NCBI GenBank assembly: GCA_965216325.1
Contig: OZ244160.1
Span: 256,001-320,000, forward strand
DNA from: Coraliomargarita sp.
GTDB taxonomy: Bacteria; Verrucomicrobiota; Verrucomicrobiia; Opitutales; Coraliomargaritaceae
Direction: 5' to 3'
Length of the DNA: 64,000 bases
Part shown: positions 55,488 to 64,000 of the stretch, in pieces
Numbering within the stretch: position 1 is the stretch's first letter
How the letters are laid out: every line of letters begins with the position of its first letter
The notes under the pieces: generated by a model
What the model saw: the letters and a program-made list of their open reading frames with translations, nothing else
What the model was told of the DNA's origin: nothing
Database searches by the model: none
Made by a program: the position numbers and the translations under genes

Positions 55488-56294
55488 CTACGCTTGAGCT
55501 AGCTCAAGTGAACGAGCCTTGGCAGCTGCAAGCGCTTTATCGACGAGGCCGCGTAGGTCGGCGTCGCTGAAGACTTTAAGTGCTGCAGCGGTGGTGCCTC
55601 CGGGCGAAGTGACTGCGTTGCGCAGATCTTCCGGGCTGTCTTCGCTTTCTGCGAGTAGCATTGCTGCGCCGAGGAGAGTGTCGATGGCTAGCGAAGTGGA
55701 TAAATCTTCAGGTAGGCCACAGTTGACGCCGGCTTCGCGAAGTGCGGCGGCAAATTCAAAGACGTAGGCAGGACCGCTGCCGCTGAGCGCGGTGACTGCA
55801 TCGAGATCGCTTTCTTCAACTTGGTGGAAGTTGCCGAGCGAGCTGAGCGTATTGTCGACGATTTCGCTGTCTTTAGTGCTGAGTTCGCGAAGCGGTGCGA
55901 AGGCAGTCACGCCGGCACCGATCTGACCTGGTGTGTTGGGCATGGTGCGCACCACATTGCGCGCGCTGCTGAACTTTTCGCTGAGGCGACTGAGCGGGGT
56001 GCCTGCGAGAATGGAGAGGATCAGCTTGCCACCGGCAGCTTGAGCCAGGGTGTCGTCGATGGCCGCAAATTGCTGTGGTTTGCAGGCAAGCACAACGGCT
56101 TCTGCTTGAGCCACGGCTTGGGTGACGTCAGGCAAATACTGAATGCCCGTTTGCTCTGCGAGTTCTGGGCCGGTCGGATCGTCGCCGCAAGTGCAGGCAA
56201 TCTCGGCTGGGCTGTAGTGCTCTTTTTCAAGCAGGCCGCGAACAATAGCCGATGCCATACGCCCGGCTCCGATGAAAACAATTCGGATACTCAT
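55488..56294 (-). CDS. proC: Pyrroline-5-carboxylate reductase
   Basis: FIGAGRM, CKPQ, RTMPNTP, TALSGSGPAY, VTSPGGTT. Confidence 0.97.
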   Translation of the reverse strand: MSIRIVFIGAGRMASAIVRGLLEKEHYSPAEIACTCGDDPTGPELAEQTGIQYLPDVTQAVAQAEAVVLACKPQQFAAIDDTLAQAAGGKLILSILAGTPLSRLSEKFSSARNVVRTMPNTPGQIGAGVTAFAPLRELSTKDSEIVDNTLSSLGNFHQVEESDLDAVTALSGSGPAYVFEFAAALREAGVNCGLPEDLSTSLAIDTLLGAAMLLAESEDSPEDLRNAVTSPGGTTAAALKVFSDADLRGLVDKALAAAKARSLELAQA

Positions 56295-56342
56295 ATTTTC
56301 AGAGGACAGAGTTCAGAAGTCAGAGGGCAGGAATCGCTCTGA

Positions 56343-57458
56343 TCAGGAAAGTGGGTGGGTCATGGTCGCAGTGACGCCGCCATCTGGGTTGGCTTTGACT
56401 TGAATGTCGCCTTCGATGTTGCGCATGGTATGGCGCGAAATGGTCAGACCCATGCCACGACCAACCGATGTTTTAGTCGTGATAAAAGGTTCAAAAAGAG
56501 TGTCCGCCACTTCCGGATCGATTCCGAGCCCATGGTCGACGACGTTGATTTCGAGCTTTGCGGGGCCCCGGTCACGATTGATTCGTGCATTCACAGCGAT
56601 CTTTCGTGTGCTATCATCGGCATCTTTACCATAGCTTTCCCAAGCGTTGATCAGGAGTTTCCCGAGGATGATTTCGAAGCTCTCGGCATTGGCATTGATC
56701 GCGGTGTCCGCTTCGATATCGCAATCGATACTGACTGATGCGGGCACCTCATACTCGCTTTTGAAACGCTCCACGCTGTTGTCGAGTAGCAGTTGGATGC
56801 CTTGCGAGGTCATTTCGTAACGCTCGTTGTTGGCGATCGTGCCGAGTTGGCGGATGATATTGACCATGCGGGTGATCGCGTTGTCCATTAAACCAACGCT
56901 ACGCTTCACCATATCGGGGCTATCGTAACCGTTCTTGATGAGATCCAGATAGCCGACCACGACGCCAAGCAGGTTATTCAAGTTGTGGGCGATTCCTTGA
57001 GTGATCGCGCCGATCGAGGCTGCTTTACGTGCATCGCCGAGACGGTCTTGAAGTTCGAGGTTTTCACGGAAGATCTCTTGGAGGCGCAGTTGGGTGCGCA
57101 CGCGGGCGAGGGTTTCGTCGAGATCGATTGGCTTGGTGATATAGTCAACCGCACCCGCATCGAGGCCTTCGAGTTTACCTTTTTTCGAGGCTTTTGCGGT
57201 GATAAAAATGATGGGGATGGCTTCGGTCTGAGGGTTTGCCTTGAGGTGTTGGCAAGTTTCGATGCCGTCCATTTCGGGCATCATCACGTCGAGCAGAATG
57301 AGGTCGGGTGTTTCTTCTTCAACGACTTTGAGGCATTCGCGACCGTTGTAAGCAACGAGCACTTCTAAGCCCTGACGCTCCAGTTTGCGCTGAAGCAGTT
57401 TGATATTAATCGGTTGGTCATCGACGACCAGAATCTTGGGCTGTGCTTTTTGACTCAA
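56343..57458 (-). CDS. REC-HisKA-HATPase hybrid kinase/response regulator
   Basis: ILVVDD, LLDVMMP, AHNLNNLL, FEPFITTK, GMGL; TTG start. Confidence 0.92.
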   Translation of the reverse strand: MSQKAQPKILVVDDQPINIKLLQRKLERQGLEVLVAYNGRECLKVVEEETPDLILLDVMMPEMDGIETCQHLKANPQTEAIPIIFITAKASKKGKLEGLDAGAVDYITKPIDLDETLARVRTQLRLQEIFRENLELQDRLGDARKAASIGAITQGIAHNLNNLLGVVVGYLDLIKNGYDSPDMVKRSVGLMDNAITRMVNIIRQLGTIANNERYEMTSQGIQLLLDNSVERFKSEYEVPASVSIDCDIEADTAINANAESFEIILGKLLINAWESYGKDADDSTRKIAVNARINRDRGPAKLEINVVDHGLGIDPEVADTLFEPFITTKTSVGRGMGLTISRHTMRNIEGDIQVKANPDGGVTATMTHPLS

Positions 57459-57576
57459 AATAAAGTTAGCGTTGGCAAAGGTTTGCAGTTCGAACTCAGT
57501 TGGGAGCGCTAATAAAGAGGCATTCCGCTGGACTTAAAAGACGAAAATCAGCTGTGTTGCTGATTTGTAAAAATGT

Positions 57577-58218
57577 TTAGTTCGATTCCTGCGTGGTGAT
57601 TCTACGTTCGTCGACGACGACGCTGCGACTGAGCATGTCGTGGCCCATTTGGCGTCGTTTATTGAAAAACAGCGGAATCAGTATCGCAGCCCAACCAAAA
57701 ACACCGAAGAAGAACAGGCCGGCAGTCTTGAGGCCGCCGCGCACTAGGCTGCTGAACAGGCTTGGTGCATGTAGATTGATGGTGCTGACCGTTTTTAAGC
57801 GACAAGTTCGTTTCCCGAGGGTGCTACCTCCAAGCAGTCCTTCCACGACTGCAAAATAGAACCAGAAGGTCATGATGATGACGCTAAAAATATAGCTCAA
57901 CACATCAAGCAGCGCGGGGTCCATCTGCTCAGGGTTGCGGGCTATGTTGAGTGCGTATTCAAAGTCCTTAGAGGCTTCGAAGTGCGCATCGAGCAATTCG
58001 AATGCATCGGGGTGATTCGCCAATAAGCTGAATTTGAGGATGACTAAGCTGACCCCCAGCGCCAACACCGCATCCATCATAAATGCGAGCAGGCGAATGC
58101 CGAACTTTGCTGCGGGCATTGGACCGTCGTCGCGAAAAATCGAATCCAGCACGGTCGCTGGCTTGAGTTCGCCAGTCGTTTTGGGACCTTGGGGGGCTGC
58201 CTCTGGACCTTCGCTCAT
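57577..58218 (-). CDS. RDD-family membrane protein
   Basis: RLLAFMMD, TLGK, RRQMGHDML. Confidence 0.85.
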   Translation of the reverse strand: MSEGPEAAPQGPKTTGELKPATVLDSIFRDDGPMPAAKFGIRLLAFMMDAVLALGVSLVILKFSLLANHPDAFELLDAHFEASKDFEYALNIARNPEQMDPALLDVLSYIFSVIIMTFWFYFAVVEGLLGGSTLGKRTCRLKTVSTINLHAPSLFSSLVRGGLKTAGLFFFGVFGWAAILIPLFFNKRRQMGHDMLSRSVVVDERRITTQESN

Positions 58219-59090
58219 TAAGCGTTGGCAGCTTTAAAGGCGCGGAAGGTGTTGTGCATGAGCATGGCAACCGTCATCGGACCCACACCTCCGGGGACTG
58301 GTGTGATGTGCGATGCCTTTGCTGACACTGGCTCGAACTCGACGTCACCGACCAGGCGGTAGCCACGCTTTTTGCTGGCGTCCTCGACGCGGTTGATGCC
58401 GACGTCGATCACGGCGACGCCGTCTTTCACCATGTCGGCAGTCACGAAATTCGGACGGCCGATGGCAGCGATCAACACGTCTGCCTGACTGGTGATTTCA
58501 GCGAGGTTGCTGGTGCGGGAGTGGCAGACGGTGACGGTCGCATTGCCCGGGCAGGCCTTTTGCATCATGAGCAGGGCAGCTGGTTTGCCAACGATTTGGC
58601 TGCGGCCGAGCACGACGACGTGCTTGCCTTCGGTTTCGATGTTGCTGCGCTTAATCAGTTGGACGATGCCAGCAGGAGTGCAGGCGACGAAGCCGGTGTT
58701 GTCTTCTTGGCAGAGCTTGCCGATGTTGACCGTGTTGAAGCCATCGACATCTTTCTCTGGTGCGACGCGGTTGAAGGTTTCGGTCTCATCAATGTGCTTG
58801 GGCAGTGGGGCTTGCACCAGAATGCCGTTGACATCCGGATCCGCATTGAGGGCATCGATTTGTGCGAAGAGTTCCTCCTTGCTGACGTCCTCCGGCAGGA
58901 TGTGTAGGCTGCTGCCGATGCCGATGCGCTCTGCGGTCTTTTGCTTCTTGCGAACGTAGGAAACGGAGGCTGGGTCTTCGCCTACGCGGACGACGGCGAT
59001 AACTGGCTTTTTGCCGGGAAGGGCGCTGACTTCTGCAGTCAGTTCTTCAATGATAGATTCTGCGATAGCGTTACCGTCGATGAGTTGCAT
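58218..59090 (-). CDS. folD: Methylenetetrahydrofolate dehydrogenase/cyclohydrolase
   Basis: [38 protein letters not shown]. Confidence 0.97.
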   Translation of the reverse strand: MQLIDGNAIAESIIEELTAEVSALPGKKPVIAVVRVGEDPASVSYVRKKQKTAERIGIGSSLHILPEDVSKEELFAQIDALNADPDVNGILVQAPLPKHIDETETFNRVAPEKDVDGFNTVNIGKLCQEDNTGFVACTPAGIVQLIKRSNIETEGKHVVVLGRSQIVGKPAALLMMQKACPGNATVTVCHSRTSNLAEITSQADVLIAAIGRPNFVTADMVKDGVAVIDVGINRVEDASKKRGYRLVGDVEFEPVSAKASHITPVPGGVGPMTVAMLMHNTFRAFKAANA

Positions 59091-59137
59091 AGGAAGGTGA
59101 TGGTGAGCGTTAAAGTGGAAGTGGGTGAGGGTTGAGT

Positions 59138-60031
59138 TTATTCGGAAAGTTGGAGGCTGCGGGCCTGAATGATGGATTCGGAGCTGTCAGCGCTGAGAGG
59201 TCGAACCTCACCTTGAATCAAGACTTGTTTGCCAAGGTAAGGGCGTAGATCACTGATGAAGATGTCCGACATGTCAACATAGGCGATGCGCTTGTTGCCT
59301 CGGTAGAGGCGCAAGGGAAAGTGGGCGGGTTCGCTACCGCGCTCGCGTTGTAGGGTGCCGAACAGGTTGCGGATGACTGCGTCGCTTGTCGTGGGCGCGG
59401 TGCTGCTGTTTTGATTGGAACTATCTTGTGTTGTGACAACGAGATCTGTTGGGCCAATGGGGGTGTAGCCCGTGATGGTTCCTTGTGGAATCGAAACCGC
59501 GGTTTCGCGTCCCTTTCGATGTGTATCAATAGTCACGACAGGCTTGTTCGGCTCGAGTCGTGAAATGTGCGTTTGGAGTGGGCGAGGGCTGTCGATCGCA
59601 ACGGTGTTGGGGAGTTCGCTGATTAAGTAATAGGCAGTGACAGCTTTGTTGAATTTGACGGTGGCCCAAATGCGGTCGTCGGATAGGGCGGTGACCTTGA
59701 TTCGGTCCGCTTCCTGACAGGTGGTCAGTGGAGCTGCTTCTAGGGACGGGCTGACTCTGACTACGGTACCGAGCTGGATGGAGAAGTTTTTGCCGAGTTC
59801 GTCGGTGGGCACGTATCCTTGGTGGGCGGTTTGGACTAAGGTTTGATACCAGCCGTCCTTGGCTTTAGTTGGATTTGATACCGGGACGCCGCTTGCGAAG
59901 GCCGCGTGCGTCGGTGGAATGCGGCCGATGACGGTGGCATCGGGATCTGCAGCTGTGCGCAGTAACACGTCACTTGCGCTAGCGCTAGTGACAATGAGGG
60001 CGATGGCAAGGATGCTGCGAACTAATTTCAT
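59138..60031 (-). CDS. Secreted protein with SH3b-like N-terminal repeats
   Basis: Signal peptide; [14 protein letters not shown]...DGWY...GYV; second similar repeat. Confidence 0.55.
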   Translation of the reverse strand: MKLVRSILAIALIVTSASASDVLLRTAADPDATVIGRIPPTHAAFASGVPVSNPTKAKDGWYQTLVQTAHQGYVPTDELGKNFSIQLGTVVRVSPSLEAAPLTTCQEADRIKVTALSDDRIWATVKFNKAVTAYYLISELPNTVAIDSPRPLQTHISRLEPNKPVVTIDTHRKGRETAVSIPQGTITGYTPIGPTDLVVTTQDSSNQNSSTAPTTSDAVIRNLFGTLQRERGSEPAHFPLRLYRGNKRIAYVDMSDIFISDLRPYLGKQVLIQGEVRPLSADSSESIIQARSLQLSE

Positions 60032-60190
60032 TGGTCGAGTGTAAGGAAGAACTTTAAACAATCATGCTAGTCGAGCGGTCGTAGGCCTTTGCTTGCAAAG
60101 TGCCGCTTTAGAGTCAGTGGTCGCATTAAATACGGCTTTGATGGCGTCGTGCAAGCACGAGCCCTACAGCCTATGCCGTGATGATTGTTC

Positions 60191-60922
60191 TTATTTGAAG
60201 AGGCGCTCAATATCCTTCTTGCCGAGAATCTTGATGCCTCCCTTAGGAATGTTTTTCAGGACGATACTGCCGATTTGCACGCGGACCAGTTTTTTTACGA
60301 AATAGCGGTTCGCTTCGAATAAGCGGCGCACTTCGCGCTTCTTGCCGTGGTGCAGGTGCACTTCGAGGCGGCGTTCGTGACCTTCGCCGACTTCGGGGGC
60401 GGGGATGACTTTTTCCGCTTTAAGGAAATCGCCTTCATAATCGACACCGTTGAGGAGCTTGGGAATGTCCGCTTTGTTAAAATCGCGATGCAAGACCACG
60501 CGGTAGCGTTTGACGATCTGGGTGCTCGGATGGGTGATGCGGTGTGCCATATCACCGTCGTTGGTGATGACCAGCAGGCCCTCACTGTCTTTATCTAGGC
60601 GGCCAGCACAGAAGAGGCGCTGACGCTGAAGGTCGGGTGGGAGTAGCTCAAAGACGGTGCGCTCGGCATGCGGGTCGCTGTTGGTGCAGACGTAGCCCTT
60701 CGGCTTGTTCATGATTAAGGTGATAGAACGCTCGACGCCCTTCTTGAGCGGCTTGTTGTTCACAAAGATATCGTCCGAGGGGAGGGCTTTGCTGCCGAGC
60801 TCGGCGGTTTTGCCGTTCACGCGCACGCGGCCATCCTCGATGAGCTTCTCAGCTTCGCGGCGTGAGCACAGCCCGGAGTTGGCGATAATCTTTTGAATGC
60901 GCTGGAGTTCTTGGTCTGCCAT
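60191..60922 (-). CDS. rRNA pseudouridine synthase (RsuA/RluB family, S4 domain)
   Basis: SRREAE, MNKPKG, GRLDKDSEGLL, GKKREVRR. Confidence 0.93.
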   Translation of the reverse strand: MADQELQRIQKIIANSGLCSRREAEKLIEDGRVRVNGKTAELGSKALPSDDIFVNNKPLKKGVERSITLIMNKPKGYVCTNSDPHAERTVFELLPPDLQRQRLFCAGRLDKDSEGLLVITNDGDMAHRITHPSTQIVKRYRVVLHRDFNKADIPKLLNGVDYEGDFLKAEKVIPAPEVGEGHERRLEVHLHHGKKREVRRLFEANRYFVKKLVRVQIGSIVLKNIPKGGIKILGKKDIERLFK

Positions 60923-61057
60923 CTAGTCACTGTCTGGGGGTTTCCTGCGAACTGTCAATGTTGCTTGAGCGTTACATTGTGCTTGCCCCGCTATCTGTAT
61001 TCCAGAATGAGTGGTGCCTGTTTTTTACTGAGTAGCCCTCCCTGAGTTTATATACGT

Positions 61058-61806
<749 letters not shown>

Positions 61807-61845
61807 CTGAACTTACGTTAATTTCTTAACCTAGATAACTAAAAA

Positions 61846-62102
<257 letters not shown>

Positions 62103-62125
62103 AAATTTCTACTTTCAAACTTACG

Positions 62126-62157
62126 ATTAAGCCGCTTAACTGCGGCTTAATTTTTTT
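62126..62157 (+). terminator. Intrinsic terminator/attenuator after acpP
   Basis: attaagccgc / gcggcttaat stem plus T-tract. Confidence 0.75.
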
Positions 62158-62168
62158 ATATAGACATC

Positions 62169-63428
62169 ATGAGTGAAGCAAGCGACAGACAACGAGTTGT
62201 GATAACAGGTGTCGGCACCGTGACCAGCTATGGTGATGGCGTCGAAACTTTCTGGGAGAACCTCCTGGCTGGTAACAGTGGTATCGACCGCGTGAAGTCC
62301 TTCGATGTGAGCGAGTATGCTTCACAGGTGGGCGCGGAGGCACTGGATTTCAACGCGGCCGATTACATGGACCCGAAAGAGGCCCGTCGTAATGACCGTT
62401 ACACGCAGTTCGCTGTCGCGGGTGCACGCATGGCGCTAAAGGATGCTGGCATCGAAGATACCAGTAAGCTCGAGGCGGATCGCTTTGGTGTGTTGATCGG
62501 TTCCGGTATTGGTGGTATGATCACCATTCAGACGCAGAGCCGTCGTCTTTATGAGATGGGCCCACGTAAGGTGTCCCCCTTCATGATTCCTTCGCTGATT
62601 GCCAATATCGCCAGCGGTGTGGTGGCGATCGAAGTGGGTGCTCGTGGCCCGAACTTTGGTATCGTCAGTGCGTGTGCGTCCGGCACACATAGTATTGGTG
62701 AAGCTTACCAAATGATTCGTGATGGTGAAGCTGACGTGATGCTCGCGGGTGGTAGTGAGGCGGCAGTGACTGAACTGGGTTATGCAGGCTTCTGCTCCAT
62801 GAAAGCGATGAGCACGAGCTACAACGATGCTCCACAGACTGCATCCCGTCCATTCGATAAGGGCCGCGATGGTTTTATTATGGGTGAGGGCTCCGGTGTG
62901 CTTGTGATGGAAACGCTCGAGCATGCAAAGGCTCGTGGTGCGACCATCTACTGTGAGATCAGTGGCTACAGTGCAACCTGTGATGCGTATCACATTACTT
63001 CCCCTGACCCAGAAGGTAAGGGCTTGGGTGCCGCGATGGAGCACGCGTTGACAGAGGCCAAGGTTAAGTCCGACGAAGTTAGCTACATCAATGCACATGG
63101 CACTTCCACGCCATACAACGACAAGTTCGAAACGGCTGCGATTAAGAAGGTGCTTGGCGATGACGCTTACAAGACCGCCATTTCCTCTACCAAGAGTATG
63201 ACGGGGCACTTGCTCGGTGCGGCGGGTGGTATTGAATCTGCGGTTTGTGCACTTGCGATCCGTGATGGGAAGATTCCGCCAACGATCAACTACAATGAGC
63301 CGGATCCAGACTGTGACCTCGACTACGTGCCAAACGAAGCACGTGAGGCAGAGGTCAAGGTTGCGATGTGCAACAACCTCGGTTTCGGTGGTCACAACGC
63401 GACCTTGCTCTTTAAGAAGGTGGATTAA
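62169..63428 (+). CDS. fabF: 3-oxoacyl-ACP synthase II
   Basis: SACASG, YINAHGTST, KSMTGHLLGAAG, GFGGHN. Confidence 0.96.
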   Translation: MSEASDRQRVVITGVGTVTSYGDGVETFWENLLAGNSGIDRVKSFDVSEYASQVGAEALDFNAADYMDPKEARRNDRYTQFAVAGARMALKDAGIEDTSKLEADRFGVLIGSGIGGMITIQTQSRRLYEMGPRKVSPFMIPSLIANIASGVVAIEVGARGPNFGIVSACASGTHSIGEAYQMIRDGEADVMLAGGSEAAVTELGYAGFCSMKAMSTSYNDAPQTASRPFDKGRDGFIMGEGSGVLVMETLEHAKARGATIYCEISGYSATCDAYHITSPDPEGKGLGAAMEHALTEAKVKSDEVSYINAHGTSTPYNDKFETAAIKKVLGDDAYKTAISSTKSMTGHLLGAAGGIESAVCALAIRDGKIPPTINYNEPDPDCDLDYVPNEAREAEVKVAMCNNLGFGGHNATLLFKKVD

Positions 63429-63451
63429 TCGATCGCTAGATTCAGTTTTTC

Positions 63452-63479
63452 AAAAGCCCGGCAAGTTGCCGGGCTTTTT
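63452..63479 (+). terminator. Intrinsic terminator after fabF
   Basis: aaaagcccggcaa / ttgccgggctttt. Confidence 0.85.
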
Positions 63480-63599
63480 ATTCGAGTAAAAGCGGCATCT
63501 TGGCCTTCGATGAACTCAGGGCCTTGAGCTTGTCGAAATGGCCGCTTTCATTTAGGTCTAGAAAAAGCGGTTGGAAGCCGCTTCTACTTGAAGAGCATC

Positions 63600-64000
63600 A
63601 TGCTGCATATCGTCTTATTCAATCCCGAGATCCCGCAAAATACTGGAAACATTGGCCGCCTCTGTGCGATCACGGAAAGTCGTTTGCACCTGATTCATCC
63701 GCTTGGCTTTACCATTACCGACAAGCATTTGAAGCGCAGTGGCATGGACTATTGGCACTCGCTGGATGTGCACCACCATGAGAATTGGGAAGCCTTTAAG
63801 TTGAGTCCACATGCGCCGAAGCGCCTGTGGTTGTTTACGACCAAGGCCGACCATTCGTATTGGGATGTTGAATACGCCGATGGGGATGGACTTCTTTTCG
63901 GCAATGAAGGGCACGGTGCGCCCGATTGGCTGCATGCCGAATGTGAGGGGCAGCGCTTAACCATTCCACATAAGAACAACGAGCTGCGTTCCTTGAACCT
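63600..64000 (+). CDS. trmL: tRNA (cytidine/uridine-34 2'-O)-methyltransferase, 3'-truncated by the window edge
   Basis: Not in the ORF track; translates MLHIVLFNPEIPQNTGNIGRLCA...LKRSGMDYW...LLFGNEGHG...RSLN. Confidence 0.93.
   Translation, partial: MLHIVLFNPEIPQNTGNIGRLCAITESRLHLIHPLGFTITDKHLKRSGMDYWHSLDVHHHENWEAFKLSPHAPKRLWLFTTKADHSYWDVEYADGDGLLFGNEGHGAPDWLHAECEGQRLTIPHKNNELRSLN

Overview
Bacterial chromosomal window. Gene content and repeat style suggest a verrucomicrobial (Opitutales/Coraliomargarita-like) genome; that is an inference. The backbone is housekeeping: PIN-PhoH, serS, proS, hemN, gpsA, lepB, sppA, nrdJ with NrdR boxes, speA, a SUI1 factor, a PPi-type PEP carboxykinase, pntA1/A2/B, fbaA, a probable 6S RNA, proC, folD, a pseudouridine synthase, fabG-acpP-fabF and trmL. 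Two accessory regions interrupt it. (1) The main find is a complete 8,003-bp element integrated in tRNA-Leu(UAA), bounded by a perfect 54-bp direct repeat (8725-8778 / 16728-16781). All its genes lie on the minus strand: tyrosine integrase, two proteins sharing a duplicated winged-HTH domain, an excisionase-like protein, a stand-alone primase-C-terminal-like protein, ori-like and cos-like sites, an HTH protein, an HK97-fold major capsid protein, a prohead protease, and a 3-gene cargo ending in an HNH nuclease. No portal, large terminase, tail, lysis or full replication gene is recognisable, so it reads as a minimal capsid-encoding phage satellite with a candidate defence/toxin-antitoxin cargo. 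(2) A mobile mosaic at about 30.3-40.2 kb: IS1380, a 5'-truncated Xer-like recombinase, an orphan Rhs toxin tip with a lipoprotein immunity candidate, an inverted-repeat-flanked RAYT-like transposase hit by an IS4, an AT-rich CHASE kinase and a ParE-type TA pair. Intergenic spacers carry several REP-like palindrome families and hexamer/heptamer repeats. All protein calls are by motif recognition only; no searches were run.
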